From an uncultured Candidatus Rokubacteria bacterium (lineage in GTDB: Bacteria; Methylomirabilota; Methylomirabilia; Rokubacteriales; CSP1-6): a stretch of 64,000 nucleotides of DNA. The stretch lies in contig CAVWWD010000008.1 in the NCBI GenBank assembly GCA_963758635.1, positions 1,056,001 to 1,120,000 of the forward strand. Reading direction: 5' to 3'. A program made the translations under genes and the position numbers. The notes beneath the pieces were generated by a model. The model saw only the letters and a list, made by a program, of their open reading frames with translations. It was not told where the DNA came from and made no database searches. This document shows positions 54,037-64,000 of this stretch, piece after piece; position 1 is the first letter of the stretch; the number at the start of each line of letters is the position of its first letter.

Positions 54037-55332
54037 ATGCAGGGTTACTCACGCAGGGAGTTCCTCAAGACCGCCTCCGCGGTAGGCGTCGGCGCGGCGG
54101 CTGGCCTCGGCTTTCCGGCCGTGCTCCGCGCCCAGGCCGGGCCCATCAAGGTGGGCGTCCTCCACTCGCTGTCGGGCACGATGGCGATCAGCGAGGTGTC
54201 CCTCCGCGACGTCGTGCTGATGGCCGCGGAGGAGATCAACGGCAAGGGCGGCGTCATGGGCCGGAAGATCGAGCCCGTGGTGGTGGATCCCGCCTCGAAC
54301 TGGGACCTGTTCGCGGAAAAGGCCAAGCAGCTCCTCCTGCAGGACAAGGTCTCGGTGGTGTTCGGGTGCTGGACGTCGGTGAGCCGCAAGTCCGTGCTGC
54401 CGGTGTTCGAGAACAACAACGGCCTGCTCTTCTACCCCGTGCAGTACGAGGGCGAGGAGTGCTCGAAGAACGTGTTCTACACCGGGGCCACGCCGAACCA
54501 GCAGCTGATCCCGGCCGCGGAGTACCTGATGTCGAAGGAGGGCGGCGGCTACAAGAAGTTCTACCTGCTCGGCACGGACTACGTGTTCCCGCGCACCGCG
54601 AACAAGATCCTGCGGGCGTTCCTCCTCGCCAAGGGCATCCCCGCGGATTCCATCGCCGAGGAGTACACGCCGTTCAACCATCAGGACTATCAGACGATCG
54701 TCGGCAAGATCAAGCGCTTCGCCTCCGGCGGCAACGCGGCCGTGCTCTCCACCATCAACGGCGACTCGAACGTGCCCTTCTACAAGGAGTTCTCGAACCA
54801 GGGGCTCCGCAGCGAGAACGCGCCGATCATGGCCTTCAGCGTGGCCGAGGACGAGCTGCGCGGCATGGACACCTCCGCGCTCGTCGGCCACCTCGCGGCG
54901 TGGAACTACTACCAGTCGGTGGACAATCCCGGGAACAAGAAGTTCGTCCAGGCGTTCAAGGCCTACGCGAAGAAGGCCAACCTGCCCGGCGGCGACAAGC
55001 GCGTCACCGACGATCCGATGGAGGCGGCGTACTTCGGCGTCTACATCTGGAAGCAGGCGGTGGAGAAGGCCAAGTCCACCGAGGTCGACGCCGTCCGCAA
55101 GGCGGTGTACGGCCAGGAGTTCGTGGCCCCGGGCGGCAAGATCAAGATGGACGAGGCCAACCACCACACCTACAAGCCGGTGCTGATCGGCGAGATCCTC
55201 AAGGACGGCCAGTTCAAGGTCGTCTCCCGCTCCAAGGGCCTCGTGAGGGCCGAGCCGTGGAGCCAGTACACGAGCCCCGACAAGGGCTGCGACTGGGTGA
55301 AGCAAAAGGGCACATACCAGAAGAAGGCCTGA
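54037..55332 (+). CDS. urtA: urea ABC substrate-binding protein
   Basis: Tat SRREFLK, LHSLSGTMAISE, FGCWTSVSRK, YPVQYEG. Confidence 0.95.
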   Translation: MQGYSRREFLKTASAVGVGAAAGLGFPAVLRAQAGPIKVGVLHSLSGTMAISEVSLRDVVLMAAEEINGKGGVMGRKIEPVVVDPASNWDLFAEKAKQLLLQDKVSVVFGCWTSVSRKSVLPVFENNNGLLFYPVQYEGEECSKNVFYTGATPNQQLIPAAEYLMSKEGGGYKKFYLLGTDYVFPRTANKILRAFLLAKGIPADSIAEEYTPFNHQDYQTIVGKIKRFASGGNAAVLSTINGDSNVPFYKEFSNQGLRSENAPIMAFSVAEDELRGMDTSALVGHLAAWNYYQSVDNPGNKKFVQAFKAYAKKANLPGGDKRVTDDPMEAAYFGVYIWKQAVEKAKSTEVDAVRKAVYGQEFVAPGGKIKMDEANHHTYKPVLIGEILKDGQFKVVSRSKGLVRAEPWSQYTSPDKGCDWVKQKGTYQKKA

Positions 55333-55345
55333 TCGCCTAAAACCG

Positions 55346-57029
55346 ATGTTCCGGGCGCTCGCGGTCCTGTTGATGCTCGCGCTGCTGCCGGGGTCCTTCG
55401 GGGCCCCGGCGGCGGCGGCCGCTCCCGCCGATCTCGACAAGCTGCTCGCCGACGTGGCGAGCAAGGATGCCGGGGTCCAGGAAGCGGCCGCCACCGCGCT
55501 GGGCAAGACGGGCGACCGCAAGATCCTGCCCTTGCTCGAGGCCCTGCGCGAGGGCAGCGTCTACGCGCGGGCGCTGCCGGGGGGCAAGAAGGAAACGGTC
55601 ATCGCCGGCGACAAGGTGACCGAGGGTGACAAGACGCTCGTACCGCTCTTCTCCGCCTACGGCCGCGAGGCGATCGTGGGGCCGGACGGCAAGCCGCTGC
55701 TCGTGGAGCTGTCGTCGCTGGAGGACGTGCCCGCGGGCCGGAGCCTTCGTCTCGCCCTCCGTCCGCTGATCGACGCGTTCTCGGGTCGGAACGACCTCGC
55801 CAACCCGGATCCCGCCGTGCGCAAGGGCGCGGCGGTGAAGATGGGACACACCGCGCGACGCGTCGGCGCTGCCGACGCTCGAGGCCGCCCTCGCCAAGGA
55901 AACCGACCGCTGGGCCCGCACCGGGCTCGAGGAGGCCATCGCGCTGGTGCGGCTTCGCACCGGCACCGACCAGGAGCGCGTGGCCGCGGCCCGGCGGCTC
56001 GGCGAGCTCGCCGGCGCCAACGGCCTCGACCGCCTCCGGGAGCTGGGAGCGGACGCGCAGACACCGGCGCCGCTGCGCGACACCGCGCTCACCGCGGTCA
56101 AGCGGATCGAGCGCTGGGGCCTCCTGACCCAGGCCATCGAGGTGGTATTCCAGGGACTGTCGCTGTCGTCGATCCTGCTCCTGATGGCCCTGGGCCTCGC
56201 CATCGTGTTCGGGCTGATGGGCGTGATCAACATGGCCCACGGCGAGCTCATGGCGCTCGGCGCCTACACGACGTTCGTGGTGCAGGGCTGGTTCACCGCC
56301 CACGCCCCCGGCGTCTTCGACTACTACTTCCTGGTGTCGCTGCCCGTGTCGTTCCTCGTCGCGGGCACGGTGGGGTTCGTGCTGGAGCGCTGCGTGATCC
56401 GGTTCCTGTACGGCCGCCCGCTCGAGACCCTGCTCCTCACGTGGGGCGTGAGCCTGATCATCCAGCAGGGGCTGCGCCTCTGGTTCGGCGCCGCCAACGT
56501 GGACGTGACCGCGCCGCGGTACCTGTCCGGCGGCATCCCCGTGATGGTGGGCGTGCAGCTCCCGTACAACCGGATCTTCATCATCGGGCTCGCCGCGGCG
56601 TGCGTGGTCGGCATGTACGTCCTGCTCTTCCGGACCGACGCGGGGCTCCGCATCCGGGCGGTCACGCAGAACCGCGCGATGGCCGCGTGCCTCGGCGTGC
56701 GCGCGCGCTGGGTGGACGCGGGCACGTTCGCGCTCGGCGCGGGGCTCGCCGGCCTCGCCGGGTGCGCCATCACCCAGATCGGCAACGTGGGGCCGGAGCT
56801 CGGCCAGAACTACATCGTCGACTCGTTCATGGTGGTCGTGACGGGGGGCGTGGGCAAGCTCCTGGGAAGCATCATCGCAGCCACCGGCATCGGCGGGCTC
56901 AACAAGATCATCGAGCCCGGCCTCGGCGCGGTGTTCGGCAAGGTCCTCATCCTGGTCCTCGTGATCGTCTTCATCCAGCGCCGGCCGTCGGGCCTGTTCG
57001 CGACCAAGGGGCGCTATGCCGACTCGTGA
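55346..57029 (+). CDS. urtB: urea ABC permease with HEAT-like N-terminus (frameshift near 55850)
   Basis: GVINMAHGE, RPLETLL, YIVDSF. Confidence 0.9.
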
Positions 57030-58142
57030 GCGGTGGGCGCTCCTCGCCGGCGCCCTGCTCCTGGTGGTGGCGCTGCCCGCGCTCAACGCGCTGCCCCCCG
57101 GGTCGCCCTTCCGCGTGTCCGACTTCACGCTGAACCTGTTCGGCAAGTTCCTCGCCTACGCCATCCTCGCCCTCGGCATCGACCTGATCTGGGGCTACGC
57201 CGGGGTGCTCTCGCTGGGGCAGGGCGTGTTCTTCGGGCTCGGGGCCTACGCGATGGGCATGCACCTCATGCTGGAGATCGGCACCCAGGGCGTGTACCGG
57301 AACGCGCTGCCCGACTTCATGGTGTGGAACCAGGTGAAGGAGCTGCCGCTGTTCTGGCGCCCCTTCTTCAGCGGGCCGTTCACGCTCGTCGCGGTGGTGG
57401 CGGTGCCGGCGGCGGTGGCCTTCGTCTTCGGGTACTTCACGTTCCGGAGCCGGATCAAGGGCGTCTACTTCTCGATCATCACGCAGGCCCTGGCCCTGTC
57501 CGCGTGGCTCCTGTTCAACCGGAACGCGCTGAACCTGGGCGGCACCAACGGGCTGTCCGGCTTCAAGACCGTCTTCGGGTTCACCCTGAACAGCGCGGCG
57601 ACCCAGCGCGGCCTCTACGTGGCCACGGCCCTCTGCCTCTGCGGGGCGTATCTCCTCTGCCGGTGGATCACGCGGTCGCCCGCCGGAAGAGTGCTGATCG
57701 CCATCCGCGACAGCGAGACGCGCGTCCTCTTCTCCGGCTACTCCCCGGCCGCCTTCAAGGTGTTCGTGTTCGTGGTCGCGGCGGGCCTCGCCGGCGTCGC
57801 CGGCGCGCTCTACGTGCCCCAGGTGGGCATCATCACGCCGGCCAAGATCGGCGTGCTGCCGTCGATCGAGATGATCATCTGGGTGGCCGTGGGCGGGCGC
57901 GGCACGCTGATCGGCGCGGTGATCGGCGCCATCGGGGTGAACTGGCTCCAGTCCATCCTGACCACGTCCTACCCCGACCTCTGGCTCCTCGTGCTGGGCA
58001 GCCTCTTCGTCGGCGTCGTCCTGTTCTTTCCGGACGGTGTGGCCGGCGCGGCGCGGCGGGTCGGGGGATGGACACGCCGCCTGGCTCGCCCGGGCGCGGC
58101 ACGCCCCGGAGCCGTGCCGAGCCGCGAGCGCGGAATGACGTC

Positions 58143-58146
<4 letters not shown>
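57016..58146 (+). CDS. urtC: urea ABC permease
   Basis: DLIWGY, LPDFMVW, IKGVYFSI, VAVGGRG. Confidence 0.93.
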
Positions 58147-58917
<771 letters not shown>

Positions 58918-58925
<8 letters not shown>

Positions 58926-59670
58926 GCCGGCGGTCCGACCGGACGCGCACCCGTCGCCGGGCAGCATGCTCGACATCCAGGGCGTGAGCGCGGCCTACGG
59001 CGAGAGCCAGATCCTCTGGGACGTCTCCCTCCAGGTGCCGGCGGGCACCGTGGTCTGCCTCATGGGCAGAAACGGCGTCGGCAAGACCACGCTGCTGAAG
59101 ACCGTGATCGGGCTCCTGCCGAGCACGGCCGGCCGCATCACGTTCGACGGGACCGACCTGTCCCGCCGGCGCCCCGAGGAGCGCGCGGCCTGCGGCATCG
59201 GCTACGTGCCCCAGGGGCGCGAGATCTTCCCGAACCTCACCGTGGCGGAGAACCTGCGCGTCGGCCTCGTGGGCACCGGCGGGCCGAAGCGCGGGGCGTC
59301 GCGCGACGGCCTCGGCAAGGCCTTCGCGCTGTTCCCCAAGCTCGAGACCCTCCTCGGCCGGAAGGGCGGCGTGCTCTCGGGCGGCGAGCAGCAGCAGCTC
59401 GCGATCGCCCGCGTGCTCCTGCGCGAGCCGAAGCTGCTCCTCCTGGACGAGCCCACGGAGGGGATCCAGCCCTCGGTGATCCTCCAGATCGAGGAGGCGA
59501 TCCAGCGCATCAAGGAGAGCGGGATCGCCGTGCTCCTCGTGGAGCAGTACCTCGAGTTCGCCTGGCGGCTCGCGGACTCCTACGCGATCATGCGCAAGGG
59601 CAGCATCGTCTCGCGCGGAGCGACGGCCGACCTCCGCCACGACATGGTGCGCGAGCACTTGACCGTCTGA
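58918..59670 (+). CDS. urtE: urea ABC ATP-binding protein
   Basis: [26 protein letters not shown]. Confidence 0.93.
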
Positions 59671-59788
59671 CCGCGTCTGCCCAGGGAGGGCTATTCATGA
59701 GCGGGCTCACCGGACGTACACGCTGTTCACGATCCGTCTCCGTTCGCGGATGATGCGGCCGACATCGGATCGCTCCAGGACCGAGGCC

Positions 59789-60091
59789 ATGCACCTGACA
59801 CCGCGCGAGCAGGACAAGCTCCTCATCTTCGTCGCCGCCGAGGTGGCGCGCCGCCGCCGCGCGCGCGGCCTCAAGCTCAACTATCCCGAGGCCCTCGCCC
59901 TCATCACCGCCGAGGTCCTCGAGGGCATCCGCGACGGGCGCTCCGTCTCCGACCTCATGGCCTGGGGCGTCACCATCCTCACCCGCGCCGACGTGATGGA
60001 GGGCGTGCCCGAGATGCTCGAGGAGGTCCAGGTCGAGGGCACGTTCCCCGACGGCACCAAGCTCGTGACCATACACGGTCCGATCCGATGA
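59789..60091 (+). CDS. ureA: urease gamma subunit
   Basis: [26 protein letters not shown]. Confidence 0.96.
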   Translation: MHLTPREQDKLLIFVAAEVARRRRARGLKLNYPEALALITAEVLEGIRDGRSVSDLMAWGVTILTRADVMEGVPEMLEEVQVEGTFPDGTKLVTIHGPIR

Positions 60092-60109
60092 GGGGACCGG
60101 CCGATGACG

Positions 60110-60275
60110 GGACACGGGCTCGACCATCACCATATGCGGGGCCCGATGGCCCCGCGGTCACGCGGGAGAGACGGGCCTGCCGATCACCATCTGCGGGGGC
60201 CCAGAAATGGCCCCCGCATCCACCCGGGGAGACGGGCTGCCGACCCATCGCGGGGGCCCGATGCCCCGCAGGGGA
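60110..60275 (+). repeat. three degenerate tandem palindromic (REP-like) units
   Basis: GCGGGG(G)CC...(G)GCCCC(C)GC hairpins, each preceded by GA(C/G)ACGGGC. Confidence 0.75.
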
Positions 60276-60292
60276 CACGCGTGAGGAGGCGG

Positions 60293-60673
60293 ATGATTCC
60301 GGGTGAGTACCTGCTGGGGGAGGGGGACATCGAGGCCAACGCGGGGCGGCGGACGATCCGGCTCAGCGTGGCGAACACGGGGGACCGGCCGATCCAGGTG
60401 GGGTCGCACTTCCACTTCTTCGAGGCGAACCGCGCGCTCGTGTTCGATCGGACCCAGGCCTTCGGCATGCGGCTGGACATCCCCGCGGGCACCGCGGTGC
60501 GCTTCGAGCCCGGAGACGAGAAGCTCGTGAACCTGGTCGAGCTGGCCGGCGACCGCCAGGTGCACGGGCTCAACGCCCTCACCGAGGGCGGGGCGGGGAG
60601 CGGCGAGCTGTCCGCCGCGCTCGCGCGCGCCGCGGCGGGCGGCTTCGGCGGCGCCACGGGAGGCGCCCGGTGA
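60293..60673 (+). CDS. ureB: urease beta subunit (alternative in-frame start 60104)
   Basis: [29 protein letters not shown]. Confidence 0.95.
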   Translation: MIPGEYLLGEGDIEANAGRRTIRLSVANTGDRPIQVGSHFHFFEANRALVFDRTQAFGMRLDIPAGTAVRFEPGDEKLVNLVELAGDRQVHGLNALTEGGAGSGELSAALARAAAGGFGGATGGAR

Positions 60674-62385
60674 GCCTCCGCATCCCGCGCCGGCAATACG
60701 CCGACCTCTTCGGCCCGACCGTGGGCGACCGCGTGCGCCTGGCCGACACCGAGCTCCTGATCGAGGTGGAGCGCGACTTCACGGTCTACGGCGACGAGGT
60801 GAAGTTCGGCGGCGGCAAGGTGATCCGGGACGGCATGGGCCAGTCCGCGCGCGCCACGTCGGGCGAGGGCGTGCTCGACCTGGTGATCACGAACGCCCTC
60901 GTCCTCGATCACTGGGGCATCGTGAAGGGCGACATCGGCGTGCGCGGCGGCCGCATCGTCGCGGTGGGGAAGGCGGGCAATCCCGACGTGATGGCCGGCG
61001 TCACCGCCGGGATGGTCATCGGCGCCGCCACCGAGGTGATCGCGGGCGAGGGCCGCATCGTGACGGCGGGGGGCATCGACAGCCACATCCATTTCATCTG
61101 CCCGCAGCTCATCGACGAGGCGCTGTCCGCCGGCCTCACCACGCTGATCGGCGGCGGCACCGGCCCCGCCACCGGCACCAACGCGACCACGTGCGCGCCC
61201 GGCCCGTGGAACATCCATCGGATGCTCGAGGCGGCCGACGGCCTGCCGATCAACCTGGGCTTCCTCGGCAAGGGAAACGCCTCGCGCCCGGAGCCGCTAC
61301 GCGAGCAGGTGGAGGCCGGCGTCATCGGGCTCAAGCTCCACGAGGACTGGGGCACGACGCCGGCGGCCATCGACACCTGCCTGGCGGTGGCCGAGGAGAC
61401 GGACGTCCAGGTCGCCATCCACACCGACACGCTGAACGAGGCCGGCTTCGTGGAGGACTCCATCCGCGCGATGCGCGGGCGGACCATCCACACCTACCAC
61501 ACGGAAGGGGCGGGCGGCGGCCACGCCCCCGACATCCTCCGCGTGTGCGGCGAGCCGAACTGCCTGCCCTCGTCCACGAACCCCACGATGCCGTTCACCG
61601 TGAACACGATGGACGAGCACCTCGACATGCTGATGGTGTGCCACCACCTCAACCCGAGGATCCCCGAGGACCTCGCCTTCGCGGAGTCGCGCATCCGGGC
61701 GGAGACGATCGCCGCGGAGGACGTGCTGCACGACCTGGGCGCGATCAGCATGCTCTCCTCGGACTCGCAGGCCATGGGCCGCATCGCCGAGGTGATCTCG
61801 CGCACGTGGCAGACCGCCTCCAAGATGAAGACCCAGCGCGGAGCGCTGCCCGGCGACGGCCGGCACGACAACACGCGGGCCAAGCGCTACGTGGCGAAGT
61901 ACACGATCAACCCGGCCATCGCTCACGGCATCGCCCACGAGGTAGGCTCGATCGAGCCGGGGAAGCTCGCCGACCTCGTCGTCTGGAAGCCCGCCTTCTT
62001 CGGCGTGAAGCCCGAGCTCGTGCTCAAGGGCGGCCTCATCGTCACCGCGGCCATGGGCGACCCGAACGCCTCGATCCCCACGCCGCAGCCCGTCCGCTAC
62101 CGGCCCATGTTCGCGGCGTACGGCGGCGCGATCGCCTCGACCTCCGTCACGTTCCTGTCCCGCGCGGCCCACGCCGCCGGCCTCGCCGGACGCCTCGGGC
62201 TCAGGAAGCGCGTGAGCGTGGTGGCGGGCTGCCGCGGCCTGACCAAGGCGGCGATGATCCACAATGGGTACTGCCCGCGCATGGAGATCGACCCGGAGAC
62301 CTACGAGGTGCGCGCCGACGGCGAGCTCCTGCGCTGCGAGCCCGCGGCGTCGCTGCCGCTGGCCCAGCGCTACTTCCTCTTCTGA
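60670..62385 (+). CDS. ureC: urease alpha subunit
   Basis: [31 protein letters not shown]. Confidence 0.97.
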   Translation: MSLRIPRRQYADLFGPTVGDRVRLADTELLIEVERDFTVYGDEVKFGGGKVIRDGMGQSARATSGEGVLDLVITNALVLDHWGIVKGDIGVRGGRIVAVGKAGNPDVMAGVTAGMVIGAATEVIAGEGRIVTAGGIDSHIHFICPQLIDEALSAGLTTLIGGGTGPATGTNATTCAPGPWNIHRMLEAADGLPINLGFLGKGNASRPEPLREQVEAGVIGLKLHEDWGTTPAAIDTCLAVAEETDVQVAIHTDTLNEAGFVEDSIRAMRGRTIHTYHTEGAGGGHAPDILRVCGEPNCLPSSTNPTMPFTVNTMDEHLDMLMVCHHLNPRIPEDLAFAESRIRAETIAAEDVLHDLGAISMLSSDSQAMGRIAEVISRTWQTASKMKTQRGALPGDGRHDNTRAKRYVAKYTINPAIAHGIAHEVGSIEPGKLADLVVWKPAFFGVKPELVLKGGLIVTAAMGDPNASIPTPQPVRYRPMFAAYGGAIASTSVTFLSRAAHAAGLAGRLGLRKRVSVVAGCRGLTKAAMIHNGYCPRMEIDPETYEVRADGELLRCEPAASLPLAQRYFLF

Positions 62386-62394
62386 GGCCGCTCC

Positions 62395-62856
62395 ATGCCT
62401 CAGGCCGACGTCGTCGTCGTCACCGCGCCCCGGGTGGCTCTCTCGCCGGAGGAGCTGACCGGCCGCGCGCGCGACTCGCTCCGTCTCACCTGGGAGGAGC
62501 GGCGCTGGACGCGCAAGCGCGTGGTCACGTCGGGCGGACGCGAGATCGCGCTCGCCCTTCCCACCGGCAGCCTCCTCCAGCCGGGCGACGTCCTCGCCGC
62601 GACCGAGAGCTGGTACCTCGTCGTGGAAGGCCGCCCCGAGCCGGTGCTCGCCGTGGTCCCGCGCGACCGCGACGAGGCCGTGCGCGTCGCCTTCGAGGTG
62701 GGCAACCGCCACTTCCCGCTCGCCGTCGACGGTGAGCGTCTGCTCGTGCCCGACGACACCGCGATGCGCCAGCTCCTCGACCGCCTGGGCGCGGCGTGGC
62801 AGCGCGAGGAGGCGGTGTTCAGCCCGATCGGCCGAAGCCCCCACGAGCATGGCTGA
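62395..62856 (+). CDS. ureE: urease accessory protein UreE (short His tail)
   Basis: GDVL, VGNRH, ends SPHEHG. Confidence 0.85.
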   Translation: MPQADVVVVTAPRVALSPEELTGRARDSLRLTWEERRWTRKRVVTSGGREIALALPTGSLLQPGDVLAATESWYLVVEGRPEPVLAVVPRDRDEAVRVAFEVGNRHFPLAVDGERLLVPDDTAMRQLLDRLGAAWQREEAVFSPIGRSPHEHG

Positions 62857-63534
62857 CCCACGGCTGGCGTCGCTGCTTCACTTCGGTGACAGCGCGTTTC
62901 CGGCGGGCGGGTACGCGCACTCGCTGGGCCTCGAGTCGTACTGCGCCGACGGGCTCGTAACCGGGCCCGACGGCGTGCTGGCCTTCGTCACCTCGCACCT
63001 CGAGGGCTCGGCGGGGCCGTGCGACGCCACCGCCGCGTCGGCCGCGCTGGCCGCGGCCGCGCGCGGCGACATGGACGCGTGCGCGGAGCTGGACCGTGTC
63101 CTCGACGCCATGAAGCCCGCGCGGGAGCTCCGCGAGGCGAGCCGGCAGATGGGCCGTCAGACGCTCCGCGTGGGCGCCGCGCTCACCGGCGATCCGCGCC
63201 TGGCCGCGCATCGAGACGCGGTGGAGGGGGGCGCGCTGCCCGGGCACCACGCGGTGGCCTTCGGCGTGACGGGCGGCGTCCTCGGCTGGGAGCGCGAGGC
63301 CGCGGCCACCGCGCTGCTCTACTCGACGAGCGCGAGCCTCGTGGGCGCCGCGCTCCGGCTCTGCCGCATGGGTCAGCTCGACGGCCAGCGCGTGCTCTGG
63401 GCGCTCGGGCCCGTCATCTCGCGCCTCGCCGCGGAGGCGGCGCGTCGGGACGCCGACGATCTCTGGAGCTTCGCGCCGGGCATCGAGATCCGGAGCATGC
63501 GCCACGCCGCCCAGGACGCGCGTCTGTTCCGGTC

Positions 63535-63538
<4 letters not shown>
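62849..63538 (+). CDS. ureF: urease accessory protein UreF
   Basis: [26 protein letters not shown]. Confidence 0.92.

Positions 63539-64000
<462 letters not shown>

Noticed and set aside
60110..60275. CRISPR array
   Set aside because: Only three degenerate units, no unique constant-length spacers, no cas genes

Overview
High-GC bacterial chromosome segment. The gene repertoire (tandem Tat-exported family-5 solute-binding proteins, GGGGGCC..GGCCCCC palindromes, a TAKxLGLTIPPSLLLRADQ remnant) suggests Candidatus Rokubacteria/Methylomirabilota; this is inference. Many genes carry 1-bp indels, even housekeeping ones such as HU, so these are probably long-read assembly errors. Main blocks in order: a STAND ATPase plus an acyl-CoA ligase/hydrolase/LLM cluster; Pal; a peptide ABC system with three binding proteins; a heme-c/Cu monooxygenase-like gene; a GS-like ligase; a Liv-type ABC system; thiolase-DUF35; a GGDEF/HD-GYP pair; tusA with an atypical IscS; an integrase-less integron cassette array (canonical attC, hicBA); a full F420 cluster (npdG, cofECD, cofHG, PPOX, LLM); and a sigma54/NtrC-type nitrogen regulon (glnB, amtB, glnA, porin, ANTAR regulator, urtABCDE, ureABCEFG). 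Best candidates for new biology: (1) three copies of a ~175-bp hairpin element with compensatory base changes, two of which bracket the cassette array; (2) four ANTAR-type A..G.. hexaloop hairpins in the glnA leader, with a pseudo-receiver ANTAR protein nearby; (3) an IscS whose PLP His-Lys is replaced by Asn-Asp; (4) a second ~78-bp dispersed element; (5) a repeat-derived His-rich in-frame leader on UreB.
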